The position numbers and the translations under genes are program-made. Positions 13,057 through 25,431 of a stretch of DNA of 37,358 nucleotides are shown one piece after another. The notes under the pieces are model-generated. The model was given only the letters and a program-made list of their open reading frames with translations, had not been told where the DNA came from and ran no database searches. Numbering within the stretch: position 1 is the stretch's first letter; every line of letters starts with the position of its first letter. The DNA is from Octopus bimaculoides (lineage: Eukaryota): the NCBI RefSeq assembly GCF_001194135.2, contig NC_069001.1, positions 11,440,823-11,478,180 on the forward strand, written 5' to 3'.

Positions 13057-14229
13057 TGTTCCTTATANNNNNNNNNNNNNNNNNNNNNNNNNNNNNNNNN
13101 NNNNNNNNNNNNNNNNNNNNNNNNNNNNNNNNNNNNNNNNNNNNNNNNNNNNNNNNNNNNNNNNNNNNNNNNNNNNNNNNNNNNNNNNNNNNNNNNNNNN
13201 NNNNNNNNNNNNNNNATATATATGTATATATATATATATATATATATAAACACATACACATTTTTTCTATAAGTCTATCTTTTATCTGACCGAGCTTATT
13301 TTTCTGGTACCCTTCTTTCCCCCGCTCTTTCTCTCTCTCTCTCTCTAGCTAACTGTCTGTCTACTTATCTTTCTCTCTGTCTATCCACCTTTATCTAGCA
13401 ATCAATCAATCAATCTATCTATCTATCTATCTATCTTTCTATCTACCTGTCTATCCATTTATCTTCTGCTCAATCTGTACCTCTGCCTATCTGTCTGCAC
13501 ATAAATGCTAAACGCTATCTGAAAAGCTTTTATATTCATTTATTGACAATATACGAATATTCTTTTATTTTTCTTTCTTTTTCAAACTAACATTTCACGT
13601 TTTGCTCGAAGCTATGACCTTAATTGTGCGTTAAGGTTAAGCTGGAAAGTCAATTTTGATAAATGCAATTTAAGCTAACAATCAGAAGAGCTTGTATCTT
13701 TAGAATGTCGTGTCTGAATGGGCACTGCTTTTAAAAATTGATCGGTAATGTAATACTGTAACACACGGCTTTCCTCTACTGCCAACACGAGACTCTTTTT
13801 GATGTTGTTGTGCCAGAGTGGGTAGATGGTGATATTAATCTCTGTCTAGTAATCAGTCTATCACTAAACGTTCTCGGTTCAAATTGGTAGACTTTGGCAG
13901 TCATCTCTTCAGGATAGATAAAATATTCGCAATAATGTACAACAAACTGGGTCAATTCGATATAAGAAAACACTGGAAATTTGTCGCTATACCTCTATCG
14001 CTAATGAATTGTGCTACAATATTGCTTTATTATCCAACTATGTATCAAGCCTCTACAAAAGCTGAGTATAGAGCAATGTACGTTATAGCAAGCGTTTTGT
14101 TCCGAAGGAGACATTTGCATTGAGGTTCGACCATCTGCATATAGCAATTGAATAACTTAGGTTCTCAAAATAGCATTTTAAAAAAAGGAACGAACGCAAG
14201 AGAAAATAGTATCTTTTTATCTTCTATTT

Positions 14230-14601
14230 TTTACTTTCACTCATTTGACTGCGGCCATGCTGGGGCACGCCATTGAGTTTTAGTCGAACAAATCGACTCC
14301 AGGACTTCTTTAAATAAGCCTAGTATATATTCTATCGTTTTCTTTTGCCGAACTAGATTACGGGGATGTATACACACCAACACTGGCTGGCAATCGGTGA
14401 TGAGGGGACAAACTCAAACACACATACATAATATACATGACGAGCTTCTTTCAATTTCCGCCTACAAGATCCACTCACAAAGCTTTCGTCGGTCAGAGGA
14501 TATAGTAGAAGACATTTGCCCAAAGTGCCACGCTGTGGAACTGAATCCAGAACTATATCGGTGTGAAGAAAACTTCTTACCACACAAACATTCCTGCGCC
14601 T
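14230..14601 (-). mobile_element. tRNA-derived SINE family A, near full length
   Basis: Reverse complement starts aggcgcagg; has the central CA/TA microsatellite and the catttgactgcggccatgctgg 3' part shared with 37097-37320 and 25910-26155. Confidence 0.85.
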
Positions 14602-15029
14602 ATAATATATCTTGAAACAAGATATTGGATCAGACCTGACCTAAATCAATGCTAAGTTATCGAATTTAAGACCAATTGACTGAATTATTAACAAATGGAC
14701 ATATATCATTTCTCTGACGGTTTATTGGAAACAAAGAATACTTCAACCTCGAACATTATCTGATTCTTCTTGTTAATCCCTATTGAGTGACAGCTTAATT
14801 ACGGTTATATATCCGTCCAAACTGTAAGTAATTGCATGTTTCAATGATAGATATTGCACTTTTACACCAATTAAACATAGCGTACAAAGAAAGGAGACAA
14901 AATGTAGGAAATACACACATCCTTGTAGTTGATAATATATTGTTCATACTGATACACCCATCCATTTTAAGATTAAGCAGTAAACAAGTAACGAGTTCAG
15001 GTACTTGAGTGAATGCATATACTAACATA

Positions 15030-15478
15030 TACTAACTCCCAATCAAGTAACATTTTCGATATCGATGGATAAGTCTTCTATATCGAATTGTATGAACTTA
15101 GCTCTGAAAGTGTTTCGCTTGGTCTCAAATCAATGTAACACCTCGATTGTGTTTCGATATAAAGATAAAGAGAACTTAGATGCTTTCCTTATGTCTTTAT
15201 TAACCCTTCTAAGGATGTGTTTACTCACTAGTCCCATTTCGGACTTGGCAGGGTTAATCAGGCGGCATTTAGGGTTGGAGGCGAAGTTCGGTTTGTGATC
15301 CTTAACAGTTATAAAAGCATTACGTTTAGCTAATACTTTTACCCTGTCGGTAATGTCCAGGCCGATAGCTATTCGTTTTGCCTCATTATTGATGTCATCA
15401 TAGGTATGTGGTGCGGCCCGTCTATATTTTTGTGTGATGTTGTTCTCTAAGAGTCTATTGTAGCGATCATTATCACCG
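15030..15478 (-). mobile_element. Penelope-like element reverse transcriptase fragment (decayed; Hydra-clade-like)
   Basis: Hand translation: YNRLLENNITQKYR...NEAKRIA...AFITVKDHKPNFASNPKCRLINPAKSEMGLVSKHIL...VLH*FE...KFIQFDIED (RT motif A), with one internal stop. Not in the ORF track. Confidence 0.85.
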
Positions 15479-15479
15479 A

Positions 15480-15898
15480 GGCTACAGTGTAATAAGCAAA
15501 GGTAGCCTCAAATGGAAGCAGCACAAATATCAATAACATCAATGCCAATACAGGGACACAAACTAAAATTTATGTCGGATCTTGTGAATCCAGATTTAAA
15601 ATTCGCCTCAACAACTACAGATCTTCTTTCAGGGTCCAGGAGAGACGCAACAACAACACTTGTAGCATACGTATGGCGCCTAAAGGACGATCATACGCCC
15701 TTTAACATCAGGTGGAAATTATTGGAAAGTTGTGGACCCTATCGTAATAGAACAAGACTGTGTAAATTGTGTCCGGCAGTAAGATTCATAATCCTCATGA
15801 ACTCATATGAGCCATGAGGCTACCTTAACTCCAGAACGGAAGCCGTGGGGAGTTGTCCACATTTTCGAAAATTTTTGCTTCAAAATTGGAAAACCTAG
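15480..15898 (+). mobile_element. Penelope-like element GIY-YIG endonuclease C-terminus (frameshifted)
   Basis: TKIYVGSCESRFKIRLNNYRSSF / TTLVAYVWRLKD...FNIRWKLL...PY...CKLC...FII / YLNSRTEAVGSCPHFRKFLL, stop at 15896-15898. Confidence 0.85.
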
Positions 15899-16034
15899 CT
15901 ATCAAGCGAAGGAAGACAAGTCAGCTGGCCATAATTTTTGAAGAGGATTATTTCTTGAACTATCACCGGTGTTCTTGTGTTGTTGTTTTTTTTCTTTTGA
16001 AAAAATCATCCTTTGCAGAGAACGGTGGTTACTG

Positions 16035-16097
16035 TTTAGAGAAACTAAAGAGATGATAGTTCACGCTAGATATGAAACCAATGTCTTTTTTTCTAAA
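16035..16097 (+). ncRNA. Degenerate type-I hammerhead in the 3' pseudo-LTR of the PLE
   Basis: tttagagaaa-CTAAAGA-g...tag(ttcacg)cta...t-GAAAC-caat-GTC-tttttttctaaa, ~140 nt after the endonuclease stop; core G5 is mutated. Confidence 0.6.
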
Positions 16098-17755
16098 CTT
16101 ACGTTACACATACACAAATATGCATATGTATGTACGTGTNNNNNNNNNNNNNNNNNNNNNNNNNNNNNNNNNNNNNNNNNNNNNNNNNNNNNNNNNNNNN
16201 NNNNNNNNNNNNNNNNNNNNNNNNNNNNNNNNNNNNNNNATATATATACATATATATATACATATATATATATATACACACACACACATTCGTATCGTTA
16301 CCTATTTCCCATTTGTACTCTCTTAATTTTCTCTTCTACCTCGCCTCCAATACACGTTCCCGTATTCTGCCCTCTTCTTCAAATCATCGATCGTCTGCTT
16401 GTTCAATGTCGTCGATATGTGTATTTATTTTCTCCCCATTCATATCTTTCCTGTCTCTCCCCTCATCTCTTCACCTTTTATTTCGTATCAAATACACATA
16501 CAATCTACATCAATTTGTTTGAGCAGCGCAACCTCCAAACCTAGTCTCTATCTATGTATCAAGCTCGCTTTCTCACCCTATTTACGCGTGTCTTTCGTTG
16601 CCCCTATCATTCCGCCAGTCATTGTGTCCCTTCCACTTTCAATGTAAACACATTACCCTTTACCTCTAGTCTCTCCCATTATCGTCTGCTTCCCCTTCTT
16701 CGTTTTTCCTATCTCTCGCCACGACCGCCATCATGATGAATACGACGACAGCGGCCACCACAACCACCACTACCACCATGAGCCAGAGAACTATCAGCAA
16801 ATGGCGCCTAAAAGAATCTTCACTGAATTCTTCTATTGATAACCCCATAAAACTTTTTCTATCTAATTATTAGACGATCGTTTATCTAATAGACATTCAA
16901 TTTTGATTATGCTTGCATCATTGACATTATATTCGCTGAAATACACACGCACATACACAACGTATAGGCCTGCAAATATTCATATATATATGCAACCTCA
17001 CAAACGCGTTAAGGTACATATTTCTCTCTATCTCTTCGGCGGGCTCTAAAGCATGTATGTATCTATCTGTGAATGTGTACATATAATATACATACATATC
17101 CACACAACATACACAGAAAACACTCGTGCATGAATTCATGCGTATTTACTCCCTCATACACACAAACACTCGCACACGTATATTAATGTGTATACATATA
17201 TATTGATATATGTACGCATAAAATCAGATAAAATGGTTACACGCACTGATAGATACATGTAAACACTTAACCATACATATATGTATACCTCTGCTTGCAC
17301 ACTAAGATATACACATAGAGTCAGAAATAAATATATTTCTGAATATGTGTACAATTGCACACACTAATAGGACCCTATGAACACATACCAACAAGTACAC
17401 AGATTCAAAAGAAACAGTTCTATGCCAAGCAAAAAGAAATGGATGAGTGGATGGATAATGCAATTATAAATTATATTTGAAAACATGACGAGACAGTCAC
17501 TTTTGAATTTTATCACTGGTCTGAATAGACGTATCAGTGCTAACCGTGGTGCAAAACAACCAGAATAACACTAAAATGAGCTAAGAAAGGAGCATTTATA
17601 TGTTCGTATAATCTCCTAAACTTAACAGTCAAACTCCTCTTTTAATCAGATGGGTTTTTTTTATGTATTCTTCTTTCCCACTTAGATTTTAAATGTTGTC
17701 ACAATACTAATATGTCCATTCTGCTGAAATTTTCAATAAATTTTCTGTATCCTTG

Positions 17756-17835
17756 TGCAGCTGAAGATTGCTCTGCATTTTGCATTTAATGTAATGCGAT
17801 CATTACTTGGAGCAGCATGAAATGTGCGTACTGCA
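17756..17835 (+). ncRNA. Type-I hammerhead ribozyme with long stem II (copy 1)
   Basis: tgcag-CTGAAGA-ttgct...gtaatg(cgat)cattac...agcat-GAAAT-gtgc-GTA-ctgca; homologous to 36884-36972. Confidence 0.65.
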
Positions 17836-18207
17836 ATAACCTTTAAAATCCGTGTTGCTTTTTTTTATTTATATATACAAGAATATATTGGATAATGAAT
17901 CCTAGATGCATAATATGCAGAGGGTGTGATTGAGGAAGGTTTGATATCGAAAGTCTTAGCTGTCCAAATTTCGTAACCTTGACCTTTCTACATGCAATTG
18001 TTCCCGCTTCTTTTTATTACTTTCCAATCTAGACAGTTAAAACTTTTACATATTTTCATTGCTTTTTAAAACATAATTGCAGATAAATTGCAACATGGAA
18101 TTTTAATTACAGGGGAGTATTAGAGATTTAATTTTAACGGGTTGTCGCTAAGAGAATAGATGTGACGGTGAAAAGCATTCGTTAAGGCCAGTAATATTTA
18201 TTAGTAA

Positions 18208-18298
18208 CTAGCAGAAATACCCGGCGTTGCCCGGGTTAAAGAGAATAATGAAATCTAAAAACACCGTCTAGACTACGCATCATCTTTATATATAGAGA
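18208..18298 (-). mobile_element. 91-bp non-autonomous mini-Helitron
   Basis: Minus strand reads A|TC...cccgg/ccggg hairpin (18220-18235)...CTAG|T, i.e. all canonical Helitron terminal signatures. Confidence 0.75.
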
Positions 18299-19451
18299 TG
18301 TATATACACACACGCACCCAAACACACGTATATATAGGTATATCAATATAAATATATGAAAGTCAATGAAGTTTCGTAAAAGAATGTGATCATGTACATA
18401 CTTTCTTGCTGTTGTGATTATAACACCTCATTGTTAACTATGTTCCTTGTTTTCCCTTGTGGAGCATATACAAATAGGTTTTTNNNNNNNNNNNNNNNNN
18501 NNNNNNNNNNNNNNNNNNNNNNNNNNNNNNNNNNNNNNNNNNNNNNNNNNNNNNNNNNNNNNNNNNNNNNNNNNNNNNNNNNNNNNNNNNNNNNNNNNNN
18601 NNNNNNNNNNNNNNNNNNNNNNNNNNNNNNNNNNNNNNNNNNNNNNNNNNNNNNNNNNNNNNNNNNNNNNNNNNNNNNNNNNNNNNNNNNNNNNNNNNNN
18701 NNNNNNNNNNNNNNNNNNNNNNNNNNNNNNNNNNNNNNNNNNNNNNNNNNNNNNNNNNNNNNNNNNNNNNNNNNNNNNNNNNNNNNNNNNNNNNNNNNNN
18801 NNNNNNNNNNNNNNNNNNNNNNNNNNNNNNNNNNNNNNNNNNNNNNNNNNNNNNNNNNNNNNNNNNNNNNNNNNNNNNNNNNNNNNNNNNNNNNNNNNNN
18901 NNNNNNNNNNNNNNNNNNNNNNNNNNNNNNNNNNNNNNNNNNNNNNNNNNNNNNNNNNNNNNNNNNNNNNNNNNNNNNNNNNNNNNNNNNNNNNNNNNNN
19001 NNNNNNNNNNNNNNNNNNNNNNNNNNNNNNNNNNNNNNNNNNNNNNNNNNNNNNNNNNNNNNNNNNNNNNNNNNNNNNNNNNNNNNNNNNNNNNNNNNNN
19101 NNNNNNNNNNNNNNNNNNNNNNNNNNNNNNNNNNNNNNNNNNNNNNNNNNNNNNNNNNNNNNNNNNNNNNNNNNNNNNNNNNNNNNNNNNNNNNNNNNNN
19201 NNNNNNNNNNNNNNNNNNNNNNNNNNNNNNNNNNNNNNNNNNNNNNNNNNNNNNNNNNNNNNNNNNNNNNNNNNNNNNNNNNNNNNNNNNNNNNNNNNNN
19301 NNNNNNNNNNNNNNNNNNNNNNNNNNNNNNNNNNNNNNNNNNNNNNNNNNNNNNNNTTCTGTCTCTCTCTGTGAAAGTGTCTGTCACTTACAGTATCGAA
19401 ATGTGATTGTTTCAGTTAGTGGAATAGTTTCATTTTTAAAGTGAAAGTATT

Positions 19452-19699
19452 TGACATGAGTGTTTTTGTTTCACTTTTGACACGTAATACTTAAATAGTG
19501 GAGGAGATATTATGTTGCCGTGTGCTCGAACTCTGCAAGAAGTTAATAATTTTTTTTTTTACTAAAACACAACTGGAACCCTAAGTAAGGCATGTGTAAA
19601 ATTTGAATGAAATTGGTTGCGTAGTTCTCGAGTTTTAGGGATTCACACAGACAGACAGGCAGACAGACAGACACACATTCTCATTTTTATATATATATA
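19452..19699 (-). mobile_element. Non-autonomous Helitron 5' portion
   Basis: Minus-strand 5' end A|TCTATATATATAAAAATGAGAATGTG with a (CTGT)n tract; closely similar to 24960-25198. The 3' end is probably in the preceding gap. Confidence 0.7.
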
Positions 19700-22615
19700 G
19701 ATTATGCTTCTTCTTCTTCAACATCATCATCATCGTCGTCGTCTTCGTCATCATCATCATCACTTTCTTCTTCATCATCATCTTCATCATTATCATCATC
19801 ATCATTATCATCATCATCATTATCATCATCATCTTCCTCTCCCCTCCTCTTCTTCCTCTCTCCCTCCTCCTCTCACTTCATCGTATTTTAGCGACACTAT
19901 CACCCGACAACAACAAATTTCCCCATTTCTTCGCAATGTATTCATAGCATTTCACATTTCACTCCATTCATATTCTTCAAAAAATTCCCTCCGACTTTTT
20001 CTCAATAACCTGTCTGCATTGTAAAACTCATGATGGGGGAAAGATAAAAAATAGAAAGAGAATACGAAGTTCCTCTTGATCTCCACCCATGTTCCATGAC
20101 ATCCGGGACAAATCATGCCGGAACAGCGAATCTATTCAATTTCCTTACGCTTGTAGTTTATTCTTCAGCTACTTCGTTAACTGTTGCACAAGATATTTAG
20201 TGAGTCTTCTCTGTGATATAAAATTGAATACAGAAAAGAGAACAAGCTTATACATGAAACTATCTGTCCCATTATTTCCACATACAAACATACACACTAA
20301 CATGCACATACATACTATATATGTGTGCGTGCGTGCGTATGGATAGATAGATAGATAGATGCGCACAGGCTCAATCATGTTTCATGCTTTCCCTTCTTAA
20401 GTGTGGGAGTTCGTAGCATTCATCTCGGAGGTTGATTTATAGCGTATTCACGTGACCATACAAGCGCGTTATGTGTATAAGACTATAGCAGTATATATAT
20501 ATATATATATATATATATATNNNNNNNNNNNNNNNNNNNNNNNNNNNNNNNNNNNNNNNNNNNNNNNNNNNNNNNNNNNNNNNNNNNNNNNNNNNNNNNN
20601 NNNNNNNNNNNNNNNNNNNNNNNNNNNNNNNNNNNNNNNNNNNNNNNNNNNNNNNNNNNNNNNNNNNNNNNNNNNNNNNNNNNNNNNNNNNNNNNNNNNN
20701 NNNNNNNNNNNNNNNNNNNNNNNNNNNNNNNNNNNNNNNNNNNNNNNNNNNNNNNNNNNNNNNNNNNNNNNNNNNNNNNNNNNNNNNNNNNNNNNNNNNN
20801 NNNNNNNNNNNNNNNNNNNNNNNNNNNNNNNNNNNNNNNNNNNNNNNNNNNNNNNNNNNNNNNNNNNNNNNNNNNNNNNNNNNNNNNNNNNNNNNNNNNN
20901 NNNNNNNNNNNNNNNNNNNNNNNNNNNNNNNNNNNNNNNNNNNNNNNNNNNNNNNNNNNNNNNNNNNNNNNNNNNNNNNNNNNNNNNNNNNNNNNNNNNN
21001 NNNNNNNNNNNNNNNNNNNNNNNNNNNNNNNNNNNNNNNNNNNNNNNNNNNNNNNNNNNNNNNNNNNNNNNNNNNNNNNNNNNNNNNNNNNNNNNNNNNN
21101 NNNNNNNNNNNNNNNNNNNNNNNNNNNNNNNNNNNNNNNNNNNNNNNNNNNNNNNNNNNNNNNNNNNNNNNNNNNNNNNNNNNNNNNNNNNNNNNNNNNN
21201 NNNNNNNNNNNNNNNNNNNNNNNNNNNNNNNNNNNNNNNNNNNNNNNNNNNNNNNNNNNNNNNNNNNNNNATAAGTATAGTGGTGACACTCGGGTCAATA
21301 GCAAGGTAGATATTAGGTGAATGTAATTTCGTCATAAATCAAGCTTTGAAATGTTATACGTCCGGAGACAACTTTTAAATTCGAGAACTTCGAAGAAAAA
21401 TAGTTCGTGATAAAAGTGGCATAATGTGATGGCGGTGGTGTTAATGATAAACTGTTAAATTAGATGTCTATGAATGCATGGGTGTGTTTGAGCCTGTATA
21501 TGTGTTACGAAGGTACGTGAGAAAGTGGTGTTTGTACGCTAAGAGTTTCATCTTAAGAATTTTTTTCGCCATCTTTTAACACTGCTGTATACGATCGCGT
21601 ACGTGCGTGCGTGCGTGCGTGCGTGTGCTTCGTAATTTTTTGTTGTACACGTTTCATGACGTCCTGTGCCCACATATACATATATATATATATATGTGTG
21701 TGTATGTATGTATGTATGTATGTATGTATGTATGTATGTATGTATGTATATATATATATATACATACATGCATATGTATATATGTGTGTGTGGTGGGGCT
21801 TATACCACAAAATTTACTGAAATCATTACCTGAAAATTCAGCACTTCCCAGCATATCACATCAGTTGGAATATCATTTCTTATCGGTAGATAGTTAATAA
21901 TTAAGCAAAAGTATATCATAATGAATTTCCTTCCTTTGCAAATCTTTCGAATGGCTTTTAGTCTCACATAATAATATCTTCTACAAGTAATTCAGTATAT
22001 CAACCAAAATTATATCGATTACCCTCTTATAATGGGTGTATACACAGTATTTCACAGCTAATATTACAATATTCTATGCCATCTTAATTTTGCTATTTAT
22101 TCATTTATGAGAGAGCGATGTAATTAACATGGACAAATGCTCAATGACCATGTCATATGAGCTATAGCAGAAGACACTATATACAATAGCAATAGAATTT
22201 GCTAAAGCTTTCACTCCAAATAATAAATGTTCAATGCTTCCTACAGCAATTAGAGTGTTATTCATTGCACTGAACCTATTGTTTCCATCACTGTGTGATG
22301 AAACCGAATAGATAATTAGCAAAACGTTATATATAACTGCTACGTTGAGTATGCCATTGCGTTACCTATAAACAATAATTCCAGTCTGACCTTATTTCTC
22401 TCTTTCTTTTTCACCTCTTCTTTCTCTCCTCTTCACTCTTTCTTTCTCTCTATCGTGCTTGATGTTCGACCAAAATTGAACCTTCATTATTTCTATTAAA
22501 TTTGCAAATACTTTTAACTTTTCTGATTTCTCTATGCCTTTTAAATTGTATTCCACGTTTGGGACCCCCACATTTTCAAGATTCGTAATTCAATCTACAA
22601 ACACAAAAGCATTCT

Positions 22616-23217
22616 TATTTCTTTATTGCCCACAAGGGGCTAAACATAGAGGGGACAAACAAGGACAGACAAAGGGATTAAGTCGATTACGTCGACCCCA
22701 GTGCGTAACTGGTACTTAATTTATCGACCCCGGAAGGATGAAAGGCAAAGTCGACCTCGGCGGAATTTGAATTCAGAACGTAACGACAGACGAAATACCA
22801 ATTTCTTTATTGCCCACAAGGGGCTAAACATAGAGGGAACAAACAAGGACATACAAAGGGATTAAGTCGATTACATCGACCCCAGTGCTTAACTGGTNNN
22901 NNNNNNNCTTAATTTATCGACCCCGGAAGGATGAAAGGCAAAGTCGACCTCGGCGGAATTTGAATTCAGAACGTAACGACAGACGAAATACCAATTTCTT
23001 TATTGCCCACAAGGGGCTAAACATAGAGGGAACAAACAAGGACATACAAAGGGATTAAGTCGATTACATCGACCCCAGTGCTTAACTGGTACTTGATTTA
23101 TCGACCCCGAAAGGATGAAAGGTAAAGTCGACCTCGGCGGAATTTGAACTCAGAACGTAACGGCAGACGAAATACCGCTAAGCATTTCGCCCGGAGAGCT
23201 AACGATTCTGCCAGCTC
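22616..23217 (-). mobile_element. tRNA-derived SINE family B, tandem multimer inside one 17-bp TSD
   Basis: TSD aaacacaaaagcattct at 22599-22615 and 23218-23234; head gagctggcagaatcgttag and B-box gagttcaaattcc; ~183-bp unit assembled three times. Confidence 0.9.
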
Positions 23218-23653
23218 AAACACAAAAGCATTCTGCTATTCATTCTGTATGTATTTTTACCAATTTCTTTTGTCTTCAAACGGCCGCAACCCGAGATGCA
23301 TCTTACCATTCTCAAACGGGAACCACTATCATCATCTGCTTTGGTAAATCCTGTTTCATTTTGTGTGTCTCTACTAATATCATGAATACAACTTTGTTCA
23401 ACACATTAACAGTGGCCACCACCATGTTTGAAAAGGATGATTGCCTCAATAACGTTTTAACAGTTATCCTGCGTAATGCAATAAAGTCATTATTGCACAC
23501 GTATCAGACACTTTGGTATTACGTGTCTAAAAAGGTTCAATGTTAACTAGAACGTTAGGTTGTGTTCATCAGACGAAGCAAACTAATTTGGTAGTACATC
23601 ATCAACTGGAAATCATAGTGTATTCAAATACGTGAAAACAGTTTTCCTATAAT

Positions 23654-23850
23654 ACGGTTTAAAATTTTGGCACGAAGCCAGCAATTTCGGGAAAGGAAAC
23701 AGTCGATTTCATCGACCTTAATGTTCATCTGGTATTTATTTTACCGACTCCGAAAGGATAAAAAGCGAAGTCGACCACGGCTGAATTTGAACTCAGAACG
23801 GTAAGACAGACGAAATACTACTCAGTATTCTGCCAGCTCGCTACCATTGT
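23654..23850 (-). mobile_element. tRNA-derived SINE family B with 12-bp TSD
   Basis: TSD ttttcctataat at 23642-23653 and 23851-23862; gaatttgaactcagaacg and ctgccagctcgc shared with the 22616 copies. Confidence 0.85.
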
Positions 23851-23978
23851 TTTTCCTATAATCGAATTTTAAAATTACAGGATAACTTCACTGAATTGAT
23901 TCAAGTTTTAAAAAATTAATAGAGTAGTTATTCAAGAAAGCTACAATACACAAGAGAATAGGAATAATTTATTAGAAA

Positions 23979-25198
23979 CTAGCAGCTAGGCCCGGTTTCA
24001 CCGGTCAGAGAACGACGCGAAGAGAGAAACGAAGACATAAAAAAGAGGAAGAAGTGGATACGAAGTGGTGTTTGGGCGACGGTTCTTGGTAGAAAATAAA
24101 GAATGTCATGGTGAGTTAGTAAGGAGAGCAAAGCAAAACTGGACTTACGTGGGCTGGCAGGACGATGAAAAAATTGCGGAGTTGAAATTAGAGCAAATGA
24201 AGTTGCCGTTGTTATCATTGGAGTGCCTCTTGGTAGACAGTATTCTCCGTCCTTCCCTCAAGTGCACAAATAGAAAGACCATGGGGACAGCCAACGTACA
24301 GTTGTGCGTGTGAGAATACTTGCTCTGTCAGATTCAAACCAACCGCTTGCATTGATTGTCCCTGCGCCTTGTTGATTGTCATTGGAAAGCAGAGTTTGAT
24401 GGGAAATTCCATCTGTTTAAACTTGTACGTCGTATCGGAGTGAGTAAGGGACATGGGAGTTATAAGTATGTCTTATCCAGCGGCCAGTTCATTCAAGATT
24501 GTTGCCTACAGAACTCGGGAGCACAATTTTTTGATAATCATCCGCGTACCATTGCACATTATTGGAGCATCTAAATACCTTAGNNNNNNNNNNNNNNNNN
24601 NNNNNNNNNNNNNNNNNNNNNNNNNNNNNNNNNNNNNNNNNNNNNNNNNNNNNNNNNNNNNNNNNNNNNNNNNNNNNNNNNNNNNNNNNNNNNNNNNNNN
24701 NNNNNNNNNNNNNNNNNNNNNNNNNNNNNNNNNNNNNNNNNNNNNNNNNNNNNNNNNNNNNNNNNNNNNNNNNNNNNNNNNNNNNNNNNGAAATGATAAT
24801 TTTATTCTTTTATTCTAATTTGTAAATTTTGCCCGAGAAATAAAGCAAATAATCACCAAATGCATTGTTAAAAATCTACAACTCGATAGCAAATATCTCC
24901 AAATTGATTAGAAATGCATAAATTTGATAATAACAATGTTTTTGAGATTCCGGTTCGAATGACATGAGTGCTTTTGTTTCACTTTTGACACGTAATACTT
25001 AAATAGTGGAGGAGATATGATGTTGCTGTGGGCTGAAAGTATGCAAGAAGTTATTTTTTAATTTTTTTTTTACTAAAACACAACCGGGACCCTAAGTAAG
25101 GCATGTGTAAAATTTGAAAGAAATTGGTTGTGTAGTTCTGGAGTTTTAGGGTTTCATGCAGATACACACACAGACATACATTCTCAATTTTATATAGA
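23979..25198 (-). mobile_element. Internally deleted Helitron with both termini and a helicase remnant
   Basis: 3' CTAG|T at 23979 with ccggt/accgg hairpin at 23992-24004; 5' A|TC at 25198. A 206-N gap lies inside, so continuity is inferred. Confidence 0.7.
24215..24583 (-). pseudogene. Helitron Rep/Hel PIF1-family helicase C-terminal fragment
   Basis: LRYLDAPIMCNGTR...*...*...FPIKLCFPMTINKAQGQSMQAVGLNLTEQVFSHAQLYV...TENTVYQEAL*; two in-frame stops. Confidence 0.92.
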
Positions 25199-25431
25199 TA
25201 TAGGTAGATTATCTATTAGAAATTATTTATTTGCATTTCAGGGAAGAAAAGAAAAATAGCTGATAGTATAAAGTCATTATTCCTTAAAATGTAGTTTAAT
25301 GGCATTCTTGTTATATTTGAAGGTAACTGTCAACACGCAAAATTTTTAACCGACGTCTTCCACGCAACAATCATTTTAGTTTTAACGCACGCTATAAGAA
25401 TAAATCAGTTGCCTGGCAAATACATCTTATA

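Noticed and set aside
22090-22365. Protein-like frames on both strands, including LYTIAIEFAKAF resembling non-LTR RT motif A
   Set aside because: Flanking residues do not continue an RT alignment, and the best minus-strand acceptor is followed immediately by TAA.
22616-23217. Regular direct repeats suggesting a CRISPR-like array
   Set aside because: Units are ~183-bp SINE bodies with no unique spacers, in a eukaryotic context.
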